From Chrysomallon squamiferum (lineage: Eukaryota; Animalia; Mollusca): a stretch of DNA of 64,000 nt. Shown here piece by piece: positions 1 through 20,073 of this stretch (the first letter of the stretch is position 1; the number at the start of each line of letters is the position of its first letter). A program made the position numbers and the translations under genes. The stretch spans positions 18,104,001-18,168,000 of the forward strand of contig CM022679.1 of the NCBI GenBank assembly GCA_012295275.1. The letters are read 5' to 3'. The notes under the pieces are model-generated. The model saw only the letters and a program-made list of their open reading frames with translations. It was not told the origin of the DNA and did no database searches.

Positions 1-1621
1 TTATAGTATTTTGTTTGAATATCAATATTCATGAGAATAACAATTAAGAACAAGTGTTTTTCTGATACTTTAAAATTTCAGCTTTCCCCCAATTTTTTTT
101 TTTTTTTAAAGTTGGAATAGACTAGTTTAGCAGTTAATTAAGAAATTAGTCATTTAGAAAGGATGACTTTCTGCAGCTGGTGAAAACAGACAGAATTGAA
201 GAATTTAGTAATTGAAACAGAAAGTGCAAAGTTTTAAAATAAAATTAAAAAAAAAAATATTTTCATTTTTTATTTCTGAGTGGTAACTTCTGGATCAAAC
301 ATCATGGTAAATATTTATGATACTTCTAAATTACACATCTGATAAAATGCTGATAGCATGTTATATTTCATATGTAGCATAGCTTTCTGTAGGCCTGTGT
401 CTAGTATGTATGAACCTTGCTAGTTCTAGGATGTTTTACTTAATTAAGAATTAACATGTACACATATATTTGTAGGATCTTGATTAATGCATTGCTATAT
501 TTCTGCCATGTTTTTGCCCATTATGATCCATATATGTAATCAGTTTGTGATACTTCTGTTGAATGGTACAAATTAGTTAAAATTTCAAGCATATTTGTTA
601 ATGTTATGGAGATATTAATATTTAGCCTGCTTAAAGTGTTGTATGATTACAACCACTCTTTCCAGCATAATGGATCAAAAAAAAATAAAGCCTTTTTACC
701 TGATTGTTTTAACAAAATAATGTTTTGATATGCTGTTCAATGATTGAACTGTAAAAAATAAATAGGTGTAATTTTGAAAAAAAAAAAAAAAAATAGAACA
801 AAAAAGAGGATAAAATTCACCAAAATTTGAAACAGAAAACCATCCTCTTGTTATTTGTTCTGTCATCAATCCCAAAATTGCCTTGTTTTGCATTACACAA
901 TTTATATCTAAAAAAGAAATACATATCCTCTAGATAATGAATCTGCAATTTGTTTCATTATTTCCCATTTATTGAGGACTTGTCAATAATGTCGGAGGGA
1001 ATGTGGACTCTAGTGTCAGTGAAACAGTTAACATTAAAAAAAAATGTTATAGCTTTGAAAGTTTATATATAGCAAGTATTTCATGTTTTCAGTCTAATAT
1101 GGTGGATATCTCCATCAGACAAAGTCAGACATCACATCTCATCAGTCGAGCATACACAATGAATGTGATGTATAGTTGTAGATTTCACGAGGTAAGATCT
1201 CCACCAAACACATCAGAGAACAGATGACAATTTACCACGTCCTTATTTTTTCAGACTATTATCTGACGAAAGGACGGCATTCAGAAAAGAAAAATGATGT
1301 GGTTCCAGTAATAGTTTGTTTTAAAAAGATATGTTCTCAGGGATTATAATTAAATATGTTATAGAAAAAAAAATTGCCATCAAATATTATTGGCGTTTTC
1401 TTAATAGAGAAATATGTGTAGTCCATGGACAGTATAAGGAACAAACTGAAAGTGAATGGGTTTTTTTATGTCATACTGTTAGTTTACTCAGTTTCCACTG
1501 ACAATTGGCCAAGTAACTAGAACCACACCATTTTTAATACACATCTGGATTTGCTTTAATTGTAGTGTGAATACTGGTCCACACTTTATAGATATTGATT
1601 ATGATGTGTTGTGTTTGTCAG

Positions 1622-4600
1622 CTTCTTTCAGCCAGTAATGTGGCAACCTATGGTGCTCTATGTGCTCTCGCATCCTTTGACCGGACTGAACTACAGAAAA
1701 ATGTTATATCAAGCAGGTAATTTTTTTTTTTACTACATTCTCACACATATTTATTTTTGTCGACCAGGGTTAAACAATACTTTATTTCTTTTACATTATA
1801 GATTAAAAACTATTTGTCCTCTCTATTAAATTTTTCTTAATTTTTAAATATCGTCGTTGTTTAATCTTAATTTTCTTATGTTAATGAAATTTGTTAAAAC
1901 AACAAACATTAATGCAAATGTTAGCACATTGTGAAGACATCTTTCTATTTGACTTGTTTATTTTTCAGTTCTTTCAAGCAGTTTTTAGAACTTGAACCTC
2001 AGCTTAGAGATATTATTAACAAGTTTTATGAATCTAAGTATGCTTCCTGTTTGAAGTTGTTAAATGAAATCAAGGTATGATTTTATAATTATGTATCCAA
2101 ATATTATGATTTTTTTTTTAAGATTAACATTTTTATAATTAACATTATTGTATCTAGTCCTTGGACCTTTTGTGACATCTTTTTGTATAATGTGATATAT
2201 GTATATTAATCATATTTTAATCTCTATGTATTAATCATTACACTTAATGAATAGCTTCAAACAAATGAATGGTAAAACAATAATGAGCAAGAAACAAGAG
2301 AACAATATTAAGTTTCTAGTATTTTGGTTTCATTTGATGTGGTGTTTTTACACAGAAGAATGTAAGGTTATGTGTATCTATCTAAACTGTTATGTTTCAT
2401 TAAGAAGATTTATGTTTGTTCCAGGGAGGTAAACACTACCATGGTAAAAATAAATTTCAGATCTGGAGTTAATTTTTTATTTTTATTTATGTAATTTATA
2501 TATTGTTTGTTTAATTCTGTGACTAAATGTTCTGTTAATGCATAATGTTAAATAAAATAACAAAGTACAATTTCTTTCCAGGATAATCTTTTATTAGATA
2601 TGTATCTAGCCCAGCACATTTCAACACTTTACATGCAAATTCGCAATCGAGCTTTGTGTCAGGTACAAAATGTAGTCTTTATTAAACTGGGTGTTCAGGG
2701 TCTTTTTTGGTAAAAAATAAATTATGTCTGAATGTAAAACATGTTCTCAGTTACACCATATGGATAAAAATGTTTTAAGAATTTTAAAAATAAACTAAAT
2801 ACAAAATAATTTCTAATTTAGTTTATTTAGTTTATATATATATATATACTTAAAATTTACTTAATAAAGAAGTTACCTATAACCGAATTTCTTTTTGTTT
2901 TAAAAAAACAAGTTGTGTGTGTGTGTGTGGCATTTTCACAAATTGAGTCAGCTATCAAATTAACATTTTGAGTAATTCTGTTTTTCATGGAACAAATGCT
3001 GCATCTATTGGTTTTGAGATTCTTTACCTATCCATTTATCAATTTCCATGGTTGGTAGTGTCTAAATAATGTTTTTACCTGCATTATTAAGTGATTTCTG
3101 TAACAGGGTGAAAATATATTCAGTAAACTGCTTTGAAAACATGCCAAAAAAAAGCAGGTTTGCGTGCTTTCTGTATGAGTAATTTTTAGATAATCCCTAA
3201 CAAACTAGGCATCTGTTTTCACAGCATGGCAGCTGAGCTAGATAAGAGAAAAAGAAATGAACAATAATGTTGAAAGTGATCATGAACTGTTTGACTGTTT
3301 TTTTGAGGATTTGACAGTGAGTTAGATGATGATGAAAACATTAAACAAACTGTGAAACTGAAGAAATTGACCATTTCAAGTTATGGGAAAATTACTTCCA
3401 AACTGTAATAGAAGTTAAAACAGAATACACCTGTTACAACACAGGGAACATGATATGGTTCTTTGATCTTCCATTATTAACTGTACCAAGGTTGTGGAAA
3501 AAAGAAATAAGTAAAAATATATCAATTAGTTAAAATAATAGTTTGTTTTTATTATTGCTTAAAACAGAAAACAATATTCATTTAAAATTTACTGTTTCTG
3601 TTCTGTGATAAAACAGTGATTCCCAGCCTTAAATGTGTGCATATTTATCTAAGTAGATGTTGTGCTAAGGTATGACATTTTAGTTTTTCCTGTTCTTAGC
3701 AAAGTAATTAATTTTATTCTTGATATTTACTTACATTTTGTGTCTGTGCCATTCTCAAGGAAAAGGCATTAACTGGTATATGTTTAAGTGAGATGCGTCA
3801 TGTAAAGCAAAGAATAGTGGAAGTGCAGGTTTTTGACTTCTTTATGATGGTAGTAACTACAAAATAATTAAATCATTTGTATTTCTTTTCTAATAAAGAT
3901 ACTGCATTCATATTAGCAGAATATCATAACTATGTTGATATCTTTAAGTTGGCCAAATTTGATCAAGATCTCTCCATAATAAATAAGGTAAAAACCACAA
4001 AATAAGCTGAATAGTTTGAATGCCAATTTCTGCATTTTACAGTTTCTACACACAGTCAGATAATCATGCCATTTCTCCCATTAGAATTGATGGATCTTCA
4101 ATTTCCATTATGATGTATCATAAGAACACAGTAATCTTACTCTTTCAAGTGGTATTAATAACACGTTTTTGAATTTTTCCAACAAGTGACTCGTTTTGTG
4201 AGAATCTGATATATATATATATATATATACAAAGTTTGAAATCAACTTTCATTACCTTTGACCCAAGTTCCCTATTTTAAATACATTTCTGTTTTCTTTT
4301 CAGTATTTCAGTCCATATCTGTCAGCAGACATGAGAAAAATGGCACAAGCTTTCAATACAACAGTGTTGGCATTAGAAGATGAATTAATGCAGCTGATTT
4401 TAGAGGGCCAGATCAATGCAAGAATTGACTCCCATAACAAAGTACATATTTTTATAAAATGGTAGAAAGTAAATTTAATTTACAGTGTTGGACCCTTTCC
4501 TAACTCTTGTATAGTGTGGCTATTATTAACTTACAAAATCTTTTCATTATTATTACATTTAAACAAAATATTGTTAAATTTTATTACATTTAGTAACCTG

Positions 4601-5373
4601 TTATAAACAAAATGTTTTGAACCATTTTGATAAAGATTTTTGAATGATACTTTTTGTTCTTTGTATTCACCTGACAATTTATTACAGATCCTGTATGCTA
4701 AAGATATTGATCAAAGGAGCACAACTTTTGAAAAAGCAATTAGTATGGGGAAAGAATATCAGAGGAGAACAAAGGTTAGAATAAAAAACAAAAAATCTGA
4801 ATAAATATTTTAATGGTTTATATTAAAAGTAGTTAAATTGAATTATTTTTATTCCAGTTTAAAGTATAAATCTGTTATTCAATTTTTGTATGTACCATAA
4901 CACTATCTATATTGAAAACATTAATGTTCATTTGCATTTAGAATTATATCTAATTAAATAACAGCTTGTAAACAGCATTCTGTATTAAGAACATTTATAT
5001 TTATCATATTTAATCATTACATTTCTGATACCTTTTCAGGCACTAATTTTGAGATCTGCTGTGTTAAAGAATCAAATACATGTCAAGGTTTGTAATACTG
5101 CGAGGTTTCACACTAACATCAGTTTGTATGGTTATTTGAATGGCTCTCCTTTTTTGTTATCTAAAAAAAAAAAAAATATGCAGTTACATAACAATATTCA
5201 GAATTCTTTATCATTTTATTTTTATTATTATTGTATTTTCAAATTGAAGTATATCATATATTTTTGTATGAATCTGTATATTGTGCATTTTCTTATAGAG
5301 TCCACCCCGAGAAGGAGGTACTGGAGGGGAAATGTCCATTGCCCCAGGAAATGCAAGCTCTGCACGAAATTAA
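1622..5373 (+). CDS. GPS1: COP9 signalosome complex subunit 1 (CSN1/GPS1), 3' seven coding exons; 5' exons lie upstream of the window
   Basis: Manually spliced GT-AG exons 1622-1716, 1969-2074, 2582-2662, 4304-4441, 4688-4774, 5040-5087, 5299-5373 keep frame and give [209 protein letters not shown], recognisable as the PCI domain and C-terminus of animal CSN1. Confidence 0.96.
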
Positions 5374-6074
5374 TATTTGGTTTTTGCATTTTGCCCAAAA
5401 CTGTGTATAGCTAATGTAACAAATGCTCACTGTACCCAGGCATAAAATGTCTGCCTTTATGTTTCCTTTACCAGCAGAAAAAGACTCCCTGCAGATTGCT
5501 GTGTTGAAGAGTTGAATTCAGAATCGATATTATCAGTGGTTTTATACAAAATTGAAAGAAAAACTGCCAGAGTGATGTTTTTGTGGCAGGACAGTTTGTT
5601 ATCAATATTTCTGTTGTATGAAAAAGACCAATCTGAATGAAAGTCAGCAGGATTTTTTGTTTGTTTGTTTTTACTTTCAAAATGGGCTTCATCTGCTATA
5701 TTGTTACTAAATGTAATTAGCAGTTAAAATAGCTTTGAACTCTTGGTTTTCATTCCCTGCTGTTGATTGTTGTGTATTATTTCATTGCACCAGTATACTT
5801 GAGCACTTGATAATTCCTGTGAATTTTGCAATATGTAAATATTCAAAATGTTGAAAGTGATAGGCACGGATTAGCTTTTTTCAAGTTATAATTTGTGAAA
5901 CTTGTGAATAATGTTATGAATTATATTTAATTTTCTAAACTTATCTATTGAAGTCCAGTTTTAACATTCAGATACTGTTGATTGTTAGAGCTAAAAGGCT
6001 TAATATTATTAATTTCAACCAGAGTACTCATTAACAGTTTGAGATCTATGATGAGAAGAACTTCAAGATATAAA

Positions 6075-6150
6075 AATAAATAGTGTAATAATTTCTAACT
6101 TCTTCAATGTTAATAAAATAGCCTCTAACAAAGGGTTGTTTGGTTTTATT
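6075..6150 (+). terminator. Candidate polyadenylation signals for GPS1
   Basis: AATAAA at 6075-6080 and 6112-6117 followed by a GT/T-rich tract (gggttgtttggttttatt), ~700 nt after the GPS1 stop. AATAAA is common in AT-rich DNA, so this is weak. Confidence 0.3.
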
Positions 6151-9100
6151 GCACAAAGTAATATGTGAGAGAGGAAGAAAAAAGAGGACATTTAATTTAA
6201 TTGTTGAGATTGTGGCTCAACAATTATGTAAAGATGTAATGAGTTAAGACCGCGAAATATTTTTCAACTTGCAAGTCGGGTTTGGGGTCTTTAATTTTTT
6301 ATTTTAATTTCTTTTTAAATTCAGAACTGTTGTCAATTGTTTGATGTAAAGATTAATACATTTTAGATCTTGTGTGTTTGTGTCTTGATTATTTAACCCA
6401 GTGCAACAGAACTTTCATGAAATATATGACATCATTTTATATAGTGCAAAAAACTATACAGTAGATATTCATGCCAGTGTATCCTAGTAAAGAATTTGGT
6501 GGTCAAGTTGTATTGTTTTAAATCTAGTCTTACATTAGTTATTTCAGACAAATAAAATAAGCCAAATTATCAATAAATATTTAAATGTTTTTTTTTTTTA
6601 GTTAAAAAACATTTCTGTAGGTGCACATTTTTTTTGTCAGCAAATAGAATCTTATGTGATCTTTTCAATCTGATCTTTATTATGGGATGCAGTTCTACTA
6701 AACTTTTAAAAATTAGACAATTCATGCTGGAAAAAAAAAATGATTTAATATTAAAAAAACCTAAAAACATGGCTGTCACTCAAATATTTTCATTGCATTC
6801 TTTCTTGATTTAGTTTCTTTACCATCAGTTTGGCCATATGTACATGAAAAACATTTAATATTTTGAAAATTATATTAGACCCTTGATTTGGCTACTGCAC
6901 ATTTTCTTCATTAGAAATATTGAAATTTTTATAAAGATAAAACAGAAATTTATGTTCCATGTCTGAATATTGTAAATACTGTATTTTGTCACTAATTTCT
7001 TTGCATTCATACAAAAAAGGGTCCCTGTCAAATAAGCTTTCAGTATTTTAGCAATTTGTTAACACTTTTTATCGATAAGACTGTAATAGGTAACAACAGG
7101 ATATCTTCAAGTTAATCATATGAGATTATTTTATTTAGAAAAACACAATTGTGAAAGAAATCATTAGTAGACGTTTTAGTACATGTTAATTGCTACATGC
7201 AGAGGTGAGGGTATTTTTCATTAAATTATAAAGACCAAATTTTTATTTTCAGTGTTTATTATTTTTATATTTTAATAAACTGAGATTGTAACATAAAAAC
7301 TGGAACTACCAATTAGTCCATTATTTTTCATATAATATATTATAATTTCACAGTATGTTTGAAATGAGATACTGTAAATGTTATTCAGAAAATGATAATC
7401 AGGCAACTAAAACCAAATAATTTTATAAACAGCATATCTCACAGAAAGATTTGATGTTCCTTTATAATCAAGCCATATTAACAGGTTTACGCTGTTTAGT
7501 TTTTTTCATTTATTCTGTTAAGTAATGATATCACAGTTTGATGTTTTAACTAATCAGATACTGATAACAAATTTCAAAACAGATTTTATATCTAACTTCT
7601 GTTTTCAGGTGCAACATTAATAAGTATATTGTATGGATTTATTTGACCTTTAATGTGGGAGATAGTTCCAAGTGAATATAACAACAGTCTTTATAAGAAT
7701 GCACTAAATTTAAGTAATACGGGCCATCCATGAAATGTGTTTTGAAAAGGAGTGTACCCTGAGTATCATGCTGTGGAAAACAGCTCAGATGGACATTTGG
7801 ATGGGTATCATGGGTTCCCTACCAGAGAAAGGTCTGTATAATCTTTGCTAATCCATAATTACTAGGATTTAAAAGTCTGAAAGTACTCCATACAGAAAAC
7901 ACCGGTAAATGTTTTGACAATGGTTGTATTCTGCTTGGTGGGAATAATTACAAAATGACTTTGCAGACATAAATATGGTAAAACACATCAATGGCCATAC
8001 TTCAAACTATGGATGGATTAGTTTCATGTGAATGAAACTGTTCTATCAATGCAGTTTCAAACATGATCACTGCAAGATTATTATATATGACAGTTTAAAA
8101 TAACATGCTACCGTTGTTAAATAACAGTTTTACATCCCCAAAAAAATATTAGATTATCTAACAGTGAATCACACACATCAGTAAACACCTGTCATTTGTT
8201 AGTTCTGTTTTGATCATATACGTGTCAGGTACTCATCATAGAATATGTTGTGAATAATTAGTTTTAGTGTGAATGTTGCTAGATGTCACATCTCCAAATA
8301 TATTTATTGACTTTCTTTGTGTAACTATTATTTGAATTAAAATAAAATTAGTGGTTTTAGTAATTAAAACTGAAGTAGGAGCTAGAGACTGAATTTTCAA
8401 GTATTGATTGAAGTTAACTTCCACGACCTACCCTTCCTGAAATTCAAAAAAGATGAAACTATTATAGTTGCTATCATAATCCATTTTAGCAGTAAAAAGC
8501 AAAAGAAACTTCTTTATTTTTAAGTGAACTGGATCACTCAAATATCTTTAACAAGTTAATTGATTGTAACAGCGCAATGAATTCTCTTATTTTTTATAAG
8601 AATTTACTTAATAGTATAGGGCACATTGGACCTATGGACCACCCATCATAACTTTCATACAGCTGCAGCTATTCATTTTACTTCTCTAAAGAAATGTCTA
8701 TGGAAAGGCATGTCATAAAAAGACTGCATGTGGTTGAGATCAAGGATAAAAATTCTATATTATGTAATTTTAGGGGTCTAAATTTTTCTTTGTGATTTCC
8801 ACACATTGTCACTACATCTTATTTAAGAGATCCAATAAACCTAGTTGTGTCATCATATTCAACATTGTATCTTAGATAATTACCAATAACTTCTTCTGTA
8901 TTAACTCTTCTGTTATGAATATTATCCATAGAAAGTTGCAGTGGTCTAAGGTTCCCCAAATATTTTACTGAAGCATCATCTATATGATGTGTTAAATAAA
9001 TTTAATTTGCACAAAAACCTTTTGGCAGAATATATCAATGGTGCTAGTTATCTTAAATAATATCCAGTTATTCACAATAAAGACAGTTTTAATGGTACCA

Positions 9101-9615
9101 TTCATTTCTACACAACAGTGAACACACCTGTGTATGTGTATTAATTTTAATTTCAAATCAAGATGGTGTGAAGTACATGCACTGCCATAAGCATTTAAAA
9201 TGTCATGTTTTTCAAAATAGGGAAACAAATTCATTGAACAACTCATGATCAAACACACAATTTAGAGTTTTAAATATATATTTAATACCAAATGCCAGTT
9301 GGGCTTTTATTCAAAATGAATATTGCTTTAATTCATATAATTATATATGCACAATTTCATTTGATAATGTGAATTTAAGGCAACTGTAGAGGCAAAATAA
9401 ATATCAACATCCCGATATTGATCATCTTGTATAAATCAGTTAATCTGTGTATCATTGTACTATTAATTTTATTGTAAATCACATTTTTTTTCGTGGCCTG
9501 CTTACAGCAAAATGTTCATAAGACTGTTCCAAATAAAAACAATTTAAATCATTTAAATGAGTTCTGACTAAATAGTAGGTACTTAAATTAAAAATCTGGT
9601 GACAGTGAAGTTATA

Positions 9616-16036
<6,421 letters not shown>

Positions 16037-16479
16037 TCGGACGTACTATCTGAAAAGAAACCTTTAACGTTTTCCTATGATATATATAAACTTTTGTAGA
16101 AGATCCCAAAACATCTAGGGTAGTTACATTTTAAGTTATAATTAATATTTAAAAGGACTAATCGTATTATCATTGAAAAAGAATACAAATATGTTTTGAC
16201 TAGAACTTATAATGAGTAAAATAAAATATTACTTAAATTATCCATTATATTAGTAACATAAGAAGTAGCTTGGTTAGTTAAAAACAACCTAGTCCCCCGA
16301 AAATCAGATCGATATGTTCCATTTCAGGTTTTCATTCAACCAATAAAACATATTTTATTTTTCTAGGTCATACACATAGGATTCATAGTTTTACACATTT
16401 GCCTCTGAAAGTAAAACTATAGCAGTTTAATTTGCAAAAATATGTAATGATGGCAAAATATATCACCGACAGTAACACA

Positions 16480-16760
16480 AAATTAGATAAAACATATCGG
16501 TGACATGGAACTATCTGTTTGTAATAGTGCTTGTACAAACTGTAGCCTGCGCTATCGATCGCGCTGTAATCAGTAGCTCCGCCCACATGACCGAAGCTTC
16601 AGAATTCGGACACACTTGCGTTTTTTGACAATTTAAATATTAAAACTGAGAAAAAAAGTTTTCGTAGAATTTCAGCAATAATCAATTAGCATTTATTAAT
16701 GTTTTCCACATTTGTTCGTTTTTCGTGTTTAAAGAGCGGCGGATTTTCAAATTTTTGCCC
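16480..16760 (-). promoter_or_regulatory. Putative ADK promoter / 5' region (locally CpG-rich)
   Basis: CpG dinucleotides appear abruptly upstream of the ADK start exon, in contrast to CpG-poor introns. Contains a GC-box (ccgccc, ~16579-16584) and a DRE-like tatcgat (~16553-16559). TSS not determinable. Confidence 0.45.
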
Positions 16761-16810
16761 TCATGAATTAAATTTTTATTATAATTATTCATTTTTATTA
16801 ATTTATTTTT

Positions 16811-16841
16811 TTACTGCTGCTACTACTACTACTACTACTAT

Positions 16842-16877
<36 letters not shown>

Positions 16878-16889
16878 CAGTAGCAGTAA
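16811..16889. repeat. Inverted trinucleotide microsatellite (CTA)n-(TAG)n
   Basis: ttactgctgctactactac...cta ttagtagtag...tagcagtagcagtaa; the two arms are reverse complements. Confidence 0.9.
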
Positions 16890-17127
16890 CCAAAAAGGTT
16901 TAGTAAGTTTTTGTAAATGACTGTTGCTTCCAAATAAATTAAAATAAAGTAATAAAACTTCGTAATACGTTATTTGCATATGCCCTGTCGCCTTTGATAA
17001 TGAAAAGAACAGCATTTATCATATCGCACGCCGCACTACATATTTTTGCAAAATTAAATTGAAATCACATTATGATGCACTGGACCAACATTATCCAAAA
17101 AACAAAAGGAAGAATTTATAATGGGTG

Positions 17128-17720
17128 CAGTCCAAGCTGAATGGAAAATCAACGTCTCGAAGCAATGGGACGGCTTAACGCCGGCCAACGCGTATACGAC
17201 GTCGCTTAGTACTTCTGTGTTCATGACAGTACCATATCACGACTCCGACGACGCGTACACCAAACTAGGCGAGTGCGAGATCGACCACGTTCTGGTAGAC
17301 CACGATTAACTACTTCGAGGACAGATAGGTTCAAAAGTTCTCCACGTCCAAGTGTTGAACTGGGCACCAAAGTCCCCTGTCTTCTCCCCAAATGACCATG
17401 CACGGGACCTACTGGGCCGTAGGGTACGTGAAAACGATCTTCATATCCTTAATGACCTACAAATTTCTCTGAACCGGGAATGGAACGCAATTATGTTCCT
17501 GATATTAGAAGTATGAGACAACGATGTACTGGTGCCGCTGGTGCATACACACTTTATCACGCCTCTCTCACCATTCTGGTAGACGTACCCCTCCGTTTCA
17601 TTGGTTGACATAAAAGTAACGACGTTGACACCGTGATAACATGTTACAGCTGACTACATTCAAATAAATTCAACATCCAATCAGGTTATCTGTATTTCAT
17701 ATCTTTCATATGGCACAATA
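17128..17720 (+). mobile_element. Internally deleted Tc1-like transposon relic (transposase pseudogene)
   Basis: N-terminal part reads ENQRLEAMGRLNAGQRVYDVA*YFCVHDSTISRLRRRVHQTRRVRDRPRSGRPRLTTSRTDRF (Tc1 HTH plus GRPR motif). It is joined at ~17335 to the C-terminal VQVLNWAPKSPVFSPNDHARDLLGRRVREN..LNDLQISLNREWNAI..IRSMRQRCT..GAYTLY (degenerate WPxxSPDLxPIE). Most of the catalytic core is missing; TIRs not resolved, so ends are approximate. Confidence 0.85.

Positions 17721-17762
<42 letters not shown>
17721..17762. repeat. (TAT)n microsatellite
   Basis: About 14 perfect TAT units directly after the Tc1 relic. Confidence 0.95.
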
Positions 17763-17956
17763 GTGCATTTTAATTTCACATACTTTACGTTGGAACTTTA
17801 GATACATTTTATAGTCACATTATTGCATTTTAATGTGGTTAAAACGTCACAGGGGTCTATAACAACATAATATTCTTAACATTTGGAATGATTTTTCACT
17901 CTTAAGTATTTTAAACATTTGGCGATAAAAAGTTAAAAAAAAATACTGTGATGTTC

Positions 17957-17967
17957 GTGTGTGTGTT

Positions 17968-18022
<55 letters not shown>
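17957..18022. repeat. (GT)n microsatellite
   Basis: About 33 GT units with two interruptions. Confidence 0.95.
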
Positions 18023-18023
<1 letters not shown>

Positions 18024-18178
18024 CTTTAATCATAATCTTTTACAATAGCAAAACTCAGCTTAAAGCTTGGAGCCCACTCCACAAAGGTGTTGCAGGTACT
18101 AATTGAGGGAAATAAAATGTCTTTTGGATGCAGACAAAAGTTACCTATCATCTGACCATTGTTGGTATTTTTTCTGAT

Positions 18179-20073
18179 GGAAGAATGACTCCTCTGGTTT
18201 CCAGTGTACCAGTCGTTAAAGAGTTCGAACGATCTGCTGCATTCGTCCTAAAACAAACCACGATCGTTTGGTTTTGGAGTGTGATAACTGATTGCGAATA
18301 CGGAGAAGAATGACTGCTTTTGTTTCCAGTGTACTAGTCGTTAAATACTTCGAACGATCTCCTGCATTCGGAGTGTGCTATCTATGATTTGTTTCTATGC
18401 GTTTTTCTCACATGGATAACCATGCAATTACTAGTCCAGTGATGACGAAGATGACGGAGTGACGACTGGATATCTTCTTCGAAGTCGATGCGGCAAGCCA
18501 CATCTAACAAAGATTTACATCTAACAAACATCTAAAATGTTCGAACGATCTCCTACATTCGGAGTGTGCTATTTCTGTTATTTTTTTCTATGTGTTCTTC
18601 TTACATAGATAACCATGCAATTACTAGTCCAGTGATGATGAAGATGATGGAGTGACATCGAGCACATTTGTACATGAATGACTTTTACAGCGAAAAAAAA
18701 AGAAATTCCCGTTCAGCTACAACTGATCTTCGAAACCACATCTAAATGTGAATGTGCTTAACATCGTCGAAAGAAAACGTTCAGAACAGAACGAATTATG
18801 CATCTGGCTCACATCTAGGAAAGACGGATATAAGAGACGTTGGTATTTATGTTGTCAAGTCTCGACTTGGATTGTCGCATTCAAGAATTGCGTTGCGTTA
18901 TTCAAATCCACGTCTTTTACGAGCTAAAACTGTTGCTGTCAGTGCGCTGCGTCCGAATACATACAACAACGTTGAGCAGAGACTGCGAAACAAGAAGAAT
19001 GCACGTTTTTGCTTTTCACTTTACTAGTCTTAAAACAAACAGCAGTCACGATCGCCTGCTTTTGGAGTGTCCTAAGTGATTTCAAATCCGGAGAAGATGA
19101 ATGCTTTGGTTTACAGGGTACTACTCGTTAAACAGTTCAGACGATCTCCTGCATTCGAAGTGTGCTATCTATGATTTGTTTCAATGTGTTTTTCTCACAT
19201 GGATAATCATGGACAGTCCATTGATAACGAAAATGAAGGAGCGACGACTGGATATCCTCTTCGAAGGCGATGCGGTAAGCCACATCTAACAAACATCTAA
19301 AATGTTCGAACGATCTCCAACATTCGGAGTGTGCTATTTCTGTTTTTTTCTTCTGTGTTCTTCTTACATAGATAACCATGCAATTAGTAGTCCAGTGATG
19401 ACGAAGATGATGGAGTGACATCGACCAACTTTGTACGAGCGTGTTTTTTTTTACAACGAAAACACAAGAAATTCCCGTTCAGCTGGAACTGATCTTCGAA
19501 ACCACATCTAAATGTGAGTGTGCTTAACATCCTCGAAAGAAAACGTTCAGAACAGAACGAATTATGCATCTGGCTCACATTTAGGAAAGACGGATATAAG
19601 AGACGTTGGTATTTATGTTGCCAAGTCTCGACTTGGATTATCGCATTCAAGAATTGCGTTGCGTTATTCAAATCCACGTCTTTTACGAGCTACAACTGTT
19701 GCTGTCAGTGCGCTGCGTCCGAATACACACAACAACGTTGAGCAGAGACTGCGAAACAAGAAGAATGCACGTTTTTGTTTTTCACTTTACCAGTCCTAAA
19801 ACAAACAGCAGTCACGATCGCCTGCTTTTGGAGTGTCCTAAGTGATTTCGAATCCAGAGAAGATGACTGCTTTGGTTTACAGGGTACTACTCGTTAAACA
19901 GTTCAGACGATCTCCTGCATTCGGAGTGTGCTATCTACAATTTGTTTCTATGCGTTTTTCTCACATGGATAACCATGCAATTAGTAGTCCAGTGATGACG
20001 AAGATGATGGAGTGACATGGAGCAACTTTGTACGAGCGTGGTTTTTTTACAGCGAAAACACAAGAAATTCCCG
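18179..20073 (+). repeat. Complex tandem 'host' repeat, left block (766-bp period = ~597-bp core unit + 169-bp partial duplication)
   Basis: Near-identical spurious ORFs at 18752 and 19518 (offset 766). The module acgatctcctgcattcggagtgtgctat...ggataaccatgcaatt recurs at 18354, 18545, 19141, 19310 and 19907. The block is truncated at ...aagaaattcccg (20073). Confidence 0.9.

Noticed and set aside
1-1621. Additional upstream GPS1 exon
   Set aside because: No segment resembling the preceding CSN1 peptide with proper splice sites was found; treated as intron.
5049-5414. 121-aa ORF as an independent gene
   Set aside because: It is GPS1 exon 5040-5087 read through an intron and into the last exon in another frame.
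18430-18470. C/D-box snoRNA suggested by agtgatgacgaagatga
   Set aside because: The motif is part of a repeated module with no convincing D box and terminal stem.
18128-19845. Short ORFs in the host repeat (also 52712-55831)
   Set aside because: They overlap in several frames on both strands, show no recognisable domain, and recur only because the DNA is repeated.
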